A DNA stretch of 56,008 nucleotides from Sphyrna mokarran (taxonomy: Eukaryota), in assembly GCA_024679065.1 (NCBI GenBank), contig JAGIQG010000040.1:12276001-12332008 (forward strand), in the 5' to 3' direction. The stretch's first letter is position 1. The number at the start of each line of letters is the position of its first letter. This document shows, one piece after another, positions 38,861 to 49,567 of this stretch. The notes beneath the pieces are model-generated. The model searched no databases and had not been told where the DNA came from. It saw nothing but the letters and a program-made list of their open reading frames with translations. The position numbers and the translations under genes were made by a program.

Positions 38861-40197
38861 ACATAGAACATAGAACATAGAACATTACAGCACAGAACAG
38901 GCCCTTCGGCCTTCGATGTTGCGCCGACCAATATAAAAAGCAATGCCCCTCCAAACTAAACCATTCCCTTCTCTTCCATATACTTATCAACTAACCTCTT
39001 AAACGCCACCAAACTTGGCGCATCTACAACTGCTGCAGGCAGGGCATTCCACTCCCGAACCACCCTTTGGGTAAAGAACCTACCTCTGATATCCGTCCTA
39101 TAACTATCACCCCTTAATTTAAAGCTGTGTCCCCTCGTGCTAGCTTTCTCCATCCTAGGAAAAAGGCTATCACTGTCCACCCTATCTAAACCTCTAATCA
39201 TCTTATATGTTTCGATAAGGTCCCCTCTTAGCCGCCTCCTTTCTAACGAAAACAACCTCAAATCCCTCAGCCTCTCTTCATAAGACCTGCCCTCCATACC
39301 AGGCAACATCCTGGTAAACCTCCTCTGTACCCTCTCCAATGCCTCCACATCTTTCTTATAATGTGGGGACCAGAACTGCACACAATACTCCAAGTGCGGC
39401 CGCACTAGAGTTTTGTACAGTTGCAACATGACGTTGCGGCTCCGAAATTCAATCCCCCTACCAATAAAAGCTAAGGCTCCATATGCCTTCTTAACAACCT
39501 TCTCGACTTGACTGCCTACTTTCAGGGATCTATGCACATACACACCAAGATCCCTCTGTTCATCAAGACTACTAAGAATCCTACCATTTGCCCTATACTC
39601 TACACATTTATTATTTCTGCCATAGTGCATTACCTCACACTTTTCCACATTAAACTCCATTTGCCACCTCTCGGCCCAGCTCTGCAACTTGTCCAAGTCC
39701 CTCTGCAAACTATAACACCCCTCTTCACTATCTACCACTCCACCGACTTTAGTGTCATCTGCAAATTTACTAATCCATCCTTCAATACCCTCATCCAGAT
39801 CATTTATAAAAATTACAAACAGCAGGGGCCCCAAAACAGACCCCTGAGGTACACCACTTGTCACCGAACTCCAAGATGAATATCTCCCATCAACCACCAC
39901 CCTCTGTCTTCTATCTGCTAGCCAATTCCTAACCCAATTAGCTAAATCACCCTCTATCCCATACATCTGCATTTTCTGCAGAAGTCTTCCATGGGCCACC
40001 TTATCAAACGCCTTACTAAAGTCCATATATACCATATCAACCGCCTTACCCCCATCCACCTCCTTAGTCACTTTTTCAAAAAACTCAATGAGGTTAGTAA
40101 GGCACGACCTACCCTTCGCAAAACCATGCTGACTATCCCCAATCAATTCATTACTCTCTAAATAACTATAAATCCTATCCCTAATTATTCTCTCCAC
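38861..40197 (-). mobile_element. Young 5'-truncated CR1/HER1-like LINE (uninterrupted 413-aa RT C-terminus) nested in an older LINE (~38605-40585)
   Basis: QHGF, YMDFSKAFD, GVPQGSVLGP, FADD motifs; (GTTCTAT)n 3' tail. The older element continues colinearly on both sides. Confidence 0.95.
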
Positions 40198-41195
40198 TTC
40201 TGTATCTTTCCGCTCTACCCTTAAAATATGTCCCCCCTCACCCCCTCACCCTTCCCCTGCCCAGCCTTCCACCCCGAGTTTTAGACTCTCCTACCTTTGG
40301 GAAAATATATTGACTATCTCGCTGATCTGAGTCCCTCATTATTTTATGGATTCCTATAAGAACACCCTCAGCCTTGTACACTCCATAGAAAAGAGTCCCA
40401 CTCTATCCAGCCACAAACCATCATGTGTCCCGGTAACATCCTAGTAAACCTTTTCTACACTCTTTCTCGTTTAATTATATCCTTTCTATAATAGGATGAC
40501 CAGAATTGTACACAATATTCCAAGTGTGAACTTACCAATACCTTGTACAACTTCAACAAAACGCCCTAATTCCTGTCTTCAATGTCTGAGCAATCATAGT
40601 AGACGCGACACAAATCTGTTACTCCCGTGCTGACAGTAATGCAAGAGGTTGTTTTTGACCTGTTTGGTGATTTGACCATAGATTAGGATTCAAATTATAA
40701 TGCCAGGTGATCTCCAAAGAAGAAATGCAACTATTCATCTCCCTGAAACCCATCCCCATTTAGATATTGTGTTTTATTTGCTTTTTCTCTGTTTCAAAAA
40801 AGTTGAAGACATAGCCAGCAGTTTAACTTTCCTTCCATGCAGTTTTCATTAATTTCTGTACATACCCTTGCCCTGTTAGTCCTGACAAAATGCATCACAT
40901 TACACTTTGTAATGTTAACTTCCAATTTTCTACTTCTCTGTCCATTTATCCAAACCTTCTATATCGATTTATAATGTAAGCTTTTCCTCCTCACTATTTA
41001 TTACACCACCAATTTGTGTGATATCTACGAATTTACTTATTATATCCTTTGGATCTCTACCATTCTAATTAAATATCTAATGATTCATTGATCCATCTAA
41101 CAGCTTTCTTTGAATTTTAAGCATTACTTTCACTTTTTGTCACCATTCTCCAGAAATGTCCATCGAAGGGTAAAGATAAATCAACTGGCACCTAT

Positions 41196-41278
41196 TTGGC
41201 ATAACATTCAGTTAGTTCCCGCACCCAAAGTTGAGTTTCTAAGTACCGTCATAGTAATGAGCACTGTGAACAGTTATC
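41196..41278 (-). pseudogene. Pseudo-J segment (KLNFGCGN*LNVMP)
   Basis: KLxFGxG motif with in-frame stops, donor mutated to ATAGGT, decayed RSS (TACTATG heptamer). Confidence 0.7.
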
Positions 41279-41860
41279 AGCAGAAATCTACAAGCGCAGC
41301 AACTTATTCAGATTCCAACCAATATCGAAAATAAGGATACTGGCACGTTCATAAATGTTCATAATGGGAGCTTTGACAACTGCCATCGTATGCGAATAGT
41401 AAACCTTAAAAATTATCTGTCACCAAGAGAGGAACAATGCATCTTATAAAATCCTACAAATATATGCACAGCCAAGCACAAATTAAAAACCAAATTGCCT
41501 CGCTTCGTCCAGTGGTGCATTTACGCAGAATTGTTCTGCTTTCAGTGATAGCTATTTTTGGAAGAAGTCGCTAGATGTTTTTGTGAAGTGCTGAGAGCTT
41601 GAGAAAGCCATGTTATATATTAGGCGTGGCTGAGCAGGAGTCTCTCTCTCTCTCTCTCTCTCTCATTCTCATTTAATTGCATTACAAACAACAATTTCAG
41701 CAATACATCTCCTTGCCAGCTATCAGGTGGGTTTTATGATAAAGGCCAGTTAAATGTTTTAAGGAAACAATCCTGAATTGTGGAAACAATAAAGCTCTCA
41801 TCTGCTCTATCTCAATGCCCAGTGAAGCTGTTCTTTGGATTCCCAATGAGAACTGCTCAC

Positions 41861-41901
41861 CCGTTCCATATAAAAATAGTGTTAATTGAAATAACACAGT
41901 G
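41861..41901 (-). pseudogene. Probable internally deleted J relic
   Basis: CACTGTG heptamer, 34 nt, then GTGAG donor. No recognisable nonamer or FGxG. Confidence 0.3.
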
Positions 41902-41974
41902 ACTGTATGGCTCCATGAAGTCACGGAGGGGAAATAACATGTTGAGTAATCATTATCCAGGATTAGTTACTTAC

Positions 41975-42063
41975 TGGGTTCCACAATCAGCCTGCTTCCA
42001 TTGCCAAAGATGAGCTTTCTAGTCTCTCCATGTTACACGCTGTTTGATTCCATAACCAGATCC
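41975..42063 (-). CDS. TCR J segment A (41975-42035, *HGETRKLIFGNGSRLIVEP) with degenerate 12-RSS (42036-42063)
   Basis: KLIFGxG motif and GTAAGT phase-1 donor. Best RSS reading is GGATCTGGT-12-CAGCGTG. The first germline codon is TAA and would need trimming. Confidence 0.85.
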
Positions 42064-42264
42064 ATTGTGATCTCGTCCACCTCTCTCTGTCCTTCTGCCA
42101 TGTCCCAGCATCGGGAATGAGGGGGATGGGGTGGGGTGGGGAATAGGGGAAGAAGATGGGAGGTAAATAATTGTGTACACTCGGTGGGGATGGAAGGCGG
42201 TGGTGGGGAGTGGTATTGGGATGGTGTTATTGAGAGAGCTTGGCTTTCTCCTGTGACGCTGGGA

Positions 42265-42303
42265 GGTTATTGTACGGGTGTTAAGGGAGATTCAACTAAC
42301 GTG
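42265..42303 (-). other. 23-RSS of supporting V (degenerate heptamer)
   Basis: CACGTTA-GTTGAATCTCCCTTAACACCCGT(23)-ACAATAACC. Confidence 0.8.
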
Positions 42304-42614
42304 GTTCAGGCTTTGCCGACTCAGTCCGCAGTAATAGGTAGCCGAGTCGCTTAGTTGCAGTTCGGAGATCTTTAACTGGCTGATTTTCTCAACAGAATCG
42401 ATAGAAGCAGAAATTCTCCCTCCGGCAGCGTTTTCTTTATTGTCCTCTCCGGAAGTGTCTTTCTGAAGCAAATACTTCAGACCCTGTCCTGGGGACTGAC
42501 TGTACCAGTGCACTGTGTACTGACAGAACCCTGAATATTCACAGCTTAAAGTAACCATGTCATCGGCAGCAGAGATTTGGAGAGGCGGATTCTTGGATAC
42601 CAGGGAAGGAGAAT
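42304..42614 (-). CDS. Leaderless supporting TCR-delta-type V segment
   Basis: Poly-T/CCTGCAG acceptor in phase with the NAR J donor. (D)SPSLVSKNPPLQISAADDMVTLSCEYSGFCQYTVHWYSQSPGQGLKYLL...SDSATYYCGLSRQSLN. WYxQ and YYC motifs, extra CDR1 Cys, no leader exon seen upstream. Confidence 0.92.
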
Positions 42615-44187
42615 CTGCAGGATAACAAAAAAATACACTTTTTTAAGTCTTGCCACTTTTTACCCAGGGATTGTGACAGTTGCAGGATTAGCTCAGTTTT
42701 GTGCGATGTAATTATTATTTTAATTCCAATGGAACGAGATTCACTTACTCTATAAACCAGTGTACAATGAGGTGACATTCTATTTTACACAAATAAACAC
42801 AAATGCACAAATGATCTGTAACGATGTTATTAAACTGGAGAGATTGCAGAAGAGGTTAACAAGGGTGTTACCAGGACTCAAGGACTGAGTTACAGGCAGA
42901 GATTGGACTTTTTCCTTTGGTGCATAGGAGACAGACAGGTGATCTTGTAAAAGTGTATAAGGTCATAAGAGGCACTGATAGAGCGAATGAACTCAATTTT
43001 ATTCCCAGGGTTGAGAATCGAGAACAAGAAGGAATTAACGGGAACCTGCACGGAAAAACAAACTTTTTTTTACACAGAGGGTGATGCATATGAGGAATGA
43101 GCTGCCGGAGGAAGTGGTTGAGGCAGGGACATTGGCAACATTTAAAAGACATATCTGTCCAAAATAAAAGTTTTAGAGGGGAATGGGCCAAAAGCAGACA
43201 AATGACTGAGCTTAGATGGGCATTTTGATCGGCACATGGATCAGTTTGGAACAAAAAAACTGTCTTTTTGCTGTAAATTCTGTGAATCTATGAACACATT
43301 GTCAGCTTAGTAAGAGCTGGTTTAAGAGTGAATTATGAATGAGGAATGATCACATACATGAACAGGAAAACAACAGGTTTATCAGGAATATTCATAGTTT
43401 GTGGAAGAATTGGATTTCATTTATAAAGGGGCAGCATCTACCCGAGGGGCCGAATGTCGCCCTTCCATGCTAAATGATTTTACCATATATACTCGGTTTC
43501 AGCTTCCAGTTTCCATGTTGAGACACAAACTGAGGGAATATTTCATTATCAGTGACGCAATCCATTTCTAGAAGTGCTTGTCAAAGCGTAACCCAACTGC
43601 TCACATCACAATGCACAGCAAGATCCAACAAAAATGATTGTGATTCATCAGCTTCAACGGTGCAGAAACATGCCGAACAACGGTGGCCAAATGTACAGAC
43701 ATTTAATTGAATTTAACACTTTCTGGGAGCCTTCCTTTAAAATCTATTTGTTTATTTTCTGTCAGTATTATGATTGCCCTCCTTCACTTTACATTGAAAT
43801 CTCTAATCAGATTCGTTTCATTTACTTGTTGTTGTTTGGGTTTCTTGTTTCTTGTGTCTTGGAAACATATCCCGAAGTCTTGTACTTGTTGTCAGTTGTG
43901 CTCATTCTGTTCAGTTTCCGCAGTGGTTTTACTGTTACTCACTGGATCTCTGATTATTTCATTTTTTTTCTGCTCATTAACTGACGCTCTCCCGGGTTCT
44001 CTGGGCAGAGTTTTCTCTATGTTATAAATTTTATAGAACAGCAGCAGAAGAAGAGACAATTCGACCTACACAGTTATGTCTGTGTAAATATTCCAGACCA
44101 ACCTCAACCCGCCGTTTTCTAATTGATCTTTCCCATCCAGCTCCCTGTGTCAGTCTGTTCTCCCTCTGATATTTTCAAGTTTTGATG

Positions 44188-44650
44188 TAGAGATGCCGGC
44201 GTTGGACTGGGGTAAACTCATTAAAGTCTGGCAACACCAATTTTAAATCCAACCAATTTATTTGATAGTAAATCTGCTAGCTTTCAGCGTTTGTGCCTTT
44301 GTCAGGCGAATGAGGTGTTCTGGTCTCCAAAAGCACAAATATCAGCACAGACAGTTACAGATTGCTGATTAGAATGTGAATCCTTACACCTAACCTGCTA
44401 TGCAAGTCTTAAAGTGGCTAACAGGAGAGGTTAGAGGGATTACTTATAGCCACTTTAAGACTTGAATGGCAGGTTAGGTGTAAGGATTCACATTCTAATC
44501 AGTAATCTGTAAACTGTCTGTGCTGATATGTGTGCTTTTGGAGACCAGAACACCTCATTCGCCTGACGAAGGCCACAAAGGCCGAAAGCTCACAGATTTA
44601 CTATCAAATAAATCGGTTCAATTTAAAATTGGTGTTGCCAGACTTTACTG
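44188..44650. mobile_element. Penelope-derived long palindrome (~200-bp arms) with hammerhead-ribozyme-like core
   Basis: Arms ~44219-44419 and ~44446-44650. CTGACGA-A-GGCC-acaaa-GGCC-GAAA-GC at ~44563-44590. Confidence 0.8.
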
Positions 44651-44779
44651 ATTTTCAAGTTTTCCCATAGATGCATCAGTACCTGCTGCTCCAAACATTC
44701 AAAATGACAGTGAGTTCCACATCCTGGCCGATATTTTAAATTTTGCTTCTCGATATTTAGATTTTCTCTGAATCACTAT

Positions 44780-46051
44780 TGTCAGGAGGCAGAGGTGGTT
44801 TCTGCAACATGTGATTGTATTATTGAATATTAAAAGTAAGATATATATTTAATTGAGTTTAGTTTAGCATTTCTGCACAAAGTAGGGTAAAACTCTAGTT
44901 AGCATGATATCAAACAAATGTGTTTGCATGTATGGGGTTTTTTGTTCATTTTAAATGGTGTCTGTATTATGCCGAGGGAGTTAATGGCATGAAAAATAAA
45001 ATGCTGTAAAGTAGGAATAGGCTGTTCCTTGGGAACCAGGAGCCACCTTTGTATTAGGAAGGCGTTTAACTGGACCCAAGGCTTTAGGAGATACGCAATG
45101 AGACAAAAAACACCTGCTCTGTCAAAGCAGAAACAATAAGTGGAGTAAGGAGAATAAAAAAATCCCAGATAATAAATAACACATAGTTTTAGAAACCAAG
45201 GAACTGAAAGGAAAACGTTCCAGGACAACTGAACTGAGAGGGGGGAGGGGGGGCAAAGGAACTCGAAACTGAACTATGCACTGATTCTCAAAGTTGAAGA
45301 CGGGACAGAGACAAAGGCCCCCAGCTAAATGCAGAGCTGAACTGCACAGACCTGGTAAAGTTGGCCAGCCAGCTTTCAGATATAATTATAATATTGGTGA
45401 GGCCAATGAAGCGGTATTGGCATGGCGACACACCTCTGAGCTTGTATGGAAACTTGAATGCACATGGGAATTCAAGATAGAGGAATAGTGAAATCAAAAT
45501 GCGAAATTCTGGAAGTGGATCCTTGCTGAAAGTAGAGTAGGCAAAGAATTATTTGGTAGAATTTACCAAAGACATGACTTTTCGAACGTGGGGAATGGGA
45601 AACACTCGTGTCTATGTGAGAGTCTGGAGAGGCCAGTTAGCTCATAGCTTTTAATGATCTGTGGGGTTTTGAGGAGCAATTCACAGAAATTTGATTGTAT
45701 GGTATCTACCACTGGGTATTGGAATGGGGTGTAGCTGAAGACAATGACCTTTTGCTTTACTGAGTTTGCATTTACAGGGTACATTATAGCAAAGATTTAT
45801 TTTGCAATCTGTGTTATCCTTAAAGTCTGTGTACAGTCATGAAGAGTTGGGCTGTCATAGTAAATTGTGTCATAGAAAATTTTTTCATGATTGATAAATG
45901 TTTTTATCTTCTATTATTAAAATCTAATTGGCCATCCAGTTATTTAATTCCCCCCATTGTTCTAAAACAGAAGAATACACTACATTATTTCCAGTCAAAT
46001 TTTCATCTGGGAGCTTCCTATCCAATAGTAACATCAACTGGGATTGTAACA
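44780..46051 (+). mobile_element. Solo LTR (1272 bp) with 4-bp target-site duplication CTAT
   Basis: ctat|TGTCA...TAACA|ctat, no coding remnants inside. Confidence 0.7.
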
Positions 46052-48243
46052 CTATCAGATATTAATAGCCCCTTGCTCCAGACACACCCAAAAATAAATA
46101 ATTTGGTCACATACATCTCATTAACCTGTTCGTTACATGAACCATTTCCATGAATCCTCTTCACTGTTCTCTAATCTCCAGATGTAAAGAGACCCCAGAA
46201 ATTGTTGCGGATTGATTTCTTGAGAAATGCAGAAATCGAAGCAAAATTTCCAACTAATAGAAGGAAGAGCGGCCGTTTCACATTTCAAAGCTACGCCATC
46301 AGTCAGTAACGTTGCAGTTTATCTTCTGCCTCAACAAGAAATTCCTGCGTTGACCCATTCCCCCGGACTATTTTAGTGAACAGATATATAACAAACGCTG
46401 CCTTGAATGTGTTTAACACTGACTAACCACTGCTCTTTGCTGTACAGAATTTTCAGATTCACCACAATGGCTTTGACTGAAGAAATTTCTCCTCTTCTTA
46501 ATCCAAATGGCTGAACTGTTATTCTGAAAATCTGACCTCAAGTTATAGACTCCCCCGCCTAGGAAAAAAAAAACAACCACCTAAAATATGCTTTGTCTAG
46601 TCCTTTGAGAATATTGTAAATTCTAATGAGATCACTCCTAATTCCTCCAACCTCAAATTAAAATCTGGGTCTTCAATCTCTTCACAAAAGAAAATGTAAA
46701 TTCCCTCCAAAGTATGTTGACTTTTCTATAACAAAGGAGACCAAATTTTACACAGTATTCCCGACAGGAGTCCATTTCACTCCGAACTTCCACAAGTCTC
46801 ATTATCAATTCGTGATAATTATATTTTTAGCATTCTCCAGAGATAATCCGACCTATCTCTCCCTGTCGATTAATTGCGTATTGCTTGTTCAAAAAAATCT
46901 CATCACAATTCTTTGCTATTCTCCTGTTCTCCCTCAACGATTTCCACATCATCCCCCTCTCTCAGCCCTAACTTCACATTGAGCTACACTCCATCTTGTA
47001 GTGTGGCACCGTCATCAGACCGAACAGAATAGATTTCCGGCAGATTTAGCAACTGATTGCTTGGCATCTAAGGCACAATGGGCCATGGACAGCAGAATTA
47101 TACTCAGACAAAATCTGTAACCTCATGAGCCAGCATGTCCCCTGCATTGACATTAGCGAACAAGAGAGTAATACTTGTTCAATGAAAGACTTCAGGAGGC
47201 AATCCCAGCAGTATCTCTATAAGTGAGTTGTCAGTCTGCTGAAGATAAAGTTTAAGCAGTGCCAACATTCTTCCTGCACAGATATCCTTTGGATGATCCA
47301 TCTGGAATTCCTCCAGAGATCCCCAACATCAGTGATGTCAGTTTAATTAACTCTACAAAACTGAGCACCGGCTGAAGGTACTAGAACATAGTACTGGATT
47401 CTGCAAAAAGCTATTGGCCCTAAAATATCCTGGCAAAATTACTGAAGATCTATGCTCCAGGACTAACCATTAACGGTAGTAATTTGAACTAAGAAAACTA
47501 AAGTGATTTGTTAAACGGAGGCTATTTAAAGAAATATCGGGTCGAACGTCAGTAAGTTCAGTCACTGATTTCTCTATTAAAACATTCCTTCCGACAGCAA
47601 TAAGTTCATTATTCCTGAGGTCCGTTGTGTCATTTTCCTTTTTTTGTCTCCTGGTTCAGGTATTGAATGAGTCGCTGTGGTTAAATAAACCGGCCGCAGT
47701 GACACTGATCTCAGTCAGCCGGTATTTCATTGACATTCCAGGGCTAGGACTGCAATCTACTGCCCAGGAGAGAGAGCTTTGTGATCCCGTTGTCGGTCTG
47801 GAAGCGACAGCCAGATCTCCCTCTGTCACAGTTAACATCCAGAATGGATTCCGAAGTGTTGAGTGTGTTAAAAGCTGTCAGAAGTGTCAGAGTTCTTGAT
47901 GCTGATGTGCTCCTTAAACCGATAATCATCCAGATTCTCAACTCCCACATCACACCTAACACTGGCACCCCCACCCCGTGCCTCACCACCCTCTCCCCTG
48001 AAGCCTCGTCCCACTATCCCTGTCCCACTGACCGCCGATTCCATCAGCTCTCAAAGAGACTTTCCCCGGGACTGAAATGGAGCCGGTTCCAGAATCACAC
48101 CCTGCTCCCAACTCGGAATCTGTAACGGATGATTTTCCACAGGAAGATTGGATGGGATTGAAACCAGACTGATCACAATGATAAAGTGAAGGGGGACATT
48201 AAACGAGACAGACTGTAACAAGGTGGGATTTGGAGTCACTTAC

Positions 48244-48332
48244 CGGCTGTGACCCTCACCACCGTCCCGGATCCATCCACATCATAATATTTACACAGTG
48301 ACTCCGCCTTCAATCTCCCCGGTACAAAAACC
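48244..48332 (-). CDS. NAR-type J segment (48244-48293, KYYDVDGSGTVVRVTA) with 23-RSS (48294-48332)
   Basis: Consensus GGTTTTTGT-23-CACTGTG, GxGTxVxV motif, phase-1 GTAAGT donor. Confidence 0.93.
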
Positions 48333-48644
48333 ACCGATATCCCAATCTGCCGGAAAACCATCACCAGTCATTGAGAAGTGTCCAATTATTCGGGGGATTT
48401 AAAATCAATAAATAATACTCAAGGTTTTAACGTCTCTGTCGGTTCAAACTGTAATTTTGTGAGGCCCGATCTCTCAGTAAATGGCCGCAGGAAGGAAATA
48501 TTCACTTTATATATAGCAAAAAAAATCAAGGAAAGATGTGAATGGTGGAGATTACAGTAGAAATAATCCCGATCACAGCGATAATATCATCAAACCAATG
48601 ATTCACTCTCTGGGTACTGAGTATTGATAGTGTAATTGTGCACA

Positions 48645-48716
48645 GGTATTTGTTCAGCTTCTTTCCACAGTGACCATCCCATATATTACACAGTGTTACA
48701 ATTCAGCATCAAAACC
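48645..48716 (-). other. D segment (48673-48688, TAATATATGGGATGGT) flanked by two 12-RSS
   Basis: GGTTTTGAT-12-CACTGTG [16-nt D] CACTGTG-12-ACAAATACC. IgH/IgNAR-type 12/12 configuration between a 22-RSS V and a 23-RSS J. Confidence 0.92.
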
Positions 48717-49062
48717 TCGGGGACTGGGTGGGATGTTGGAACATGAATTAAACAGCGCGGAAAGTGGCTCCCAGTTCCGGCTGTGAGCCGAGGATCCCAT
48801 CTGGTGTCAGGGTTTGTAACTGGGATCAGTCATTTCCATTCTCAATTCACCGACAGCACTCCCGGGAATGACAGCCCCATCCACTCACACTCCGTATTTA
48901 TAAACCTCAACATAGCAACGGTGATAATCAGGTCTTATTAAAAATAAACTGTGGCCTCAGGAGTGTGAGGGATTGGCGGGTAGTGGGATTGGGGGGCGCG
49001 GTGGTGATTCAGGGTAGATTAGCTCCGGTTTTCCCTTTGGTTCTGTGAGAATCCGCAAAGAA

Positions 49063-49100
49063 AGTTTTTGTATCGCCGGAAGCTGAGGCCCATCACTGTG
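49063..49100 (-). other. Recombination signal sequence, 22-bp spacer (23-class), 3' of NAR V
   Basis: CACAGTG-ATGGGCCTCAGCTTCCGGCGAT-ACAAAAACT. Confidence 0.95.
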
Positions 49101-49376
49101 TCTTGTACTTGGCTTTACAGTAATAGGTGGCGGCGTCTTCAACTCTCAAATCCCGAATTTCCAGCGAAAATGTATTTCCTGCTTTGTTCACAGACACAGT
49201 AAATCTCCCTCCGTTGGAGATCAGCTCCCTCTCCTTCCCGGGCTGGGTTTGTTTGAAGAATTCGCCATTTACTAAGCGATAACCATAACCATAGAAATCA
49301 CAGGTGATGGTGAGAGACTGACACTCCTTCTTGGTCACCTCTGTCGGGTTTTGTGTCACTGACTGACTGAAAGATC
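49101..49376 (-). CDS. IgNAR-like V segment (NAR-TCR V)
   Basis: TTTCCAG acceptor. SFSQSVTQNPTEVTKKECQSLTITC...GGRFTVSVNKAGNTFSLEIRDLRVEDAATYYCKAKY. 60 residues between the canonical Cys, with no CDR2/C'' region, as in VNAR. Extra FR1 Cys. Followed by an RSS. Confidence 0.93.
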
Positions 49377-49524
49377 CTGGAAATTAAACACAGAGAGTTT
49401 GATGGACCATCAGATCCGAACCACACAACGGGGCTAAAACCCCAAACAGTGTCTGTAATTGGGATGGACTGGGACAGCTTTATATCCAATCCACACAATG
49501 TGGGTTAGTTTGATCGGTACTCAC

Positions 49525-49567
49525 GGGGTAAACAGGCACACAGGGTGAAAACAAGAAGGATTCCCAT
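49525..49567 (-). CDS. Leader (signal peptide) exon of NAR-type V segment, MGILLVFTLCACLP
   Basis: ATG at 49567, hydrophobic 14 codons + 1 nt, GTGAGT donor at 49524. Phase 1 joins in frame to the V exon (..LP-R-SFSQSVTQNP). Confidence 0.92.

Noticed and set aside
42064-42264. Possible D-delta segment between supporting V and J-A (CACAATG and CACAGGA heptamer-like words)
   Set aside because: No matching nonamers at 12/23 spacing and no pair of outward-facing RSS.
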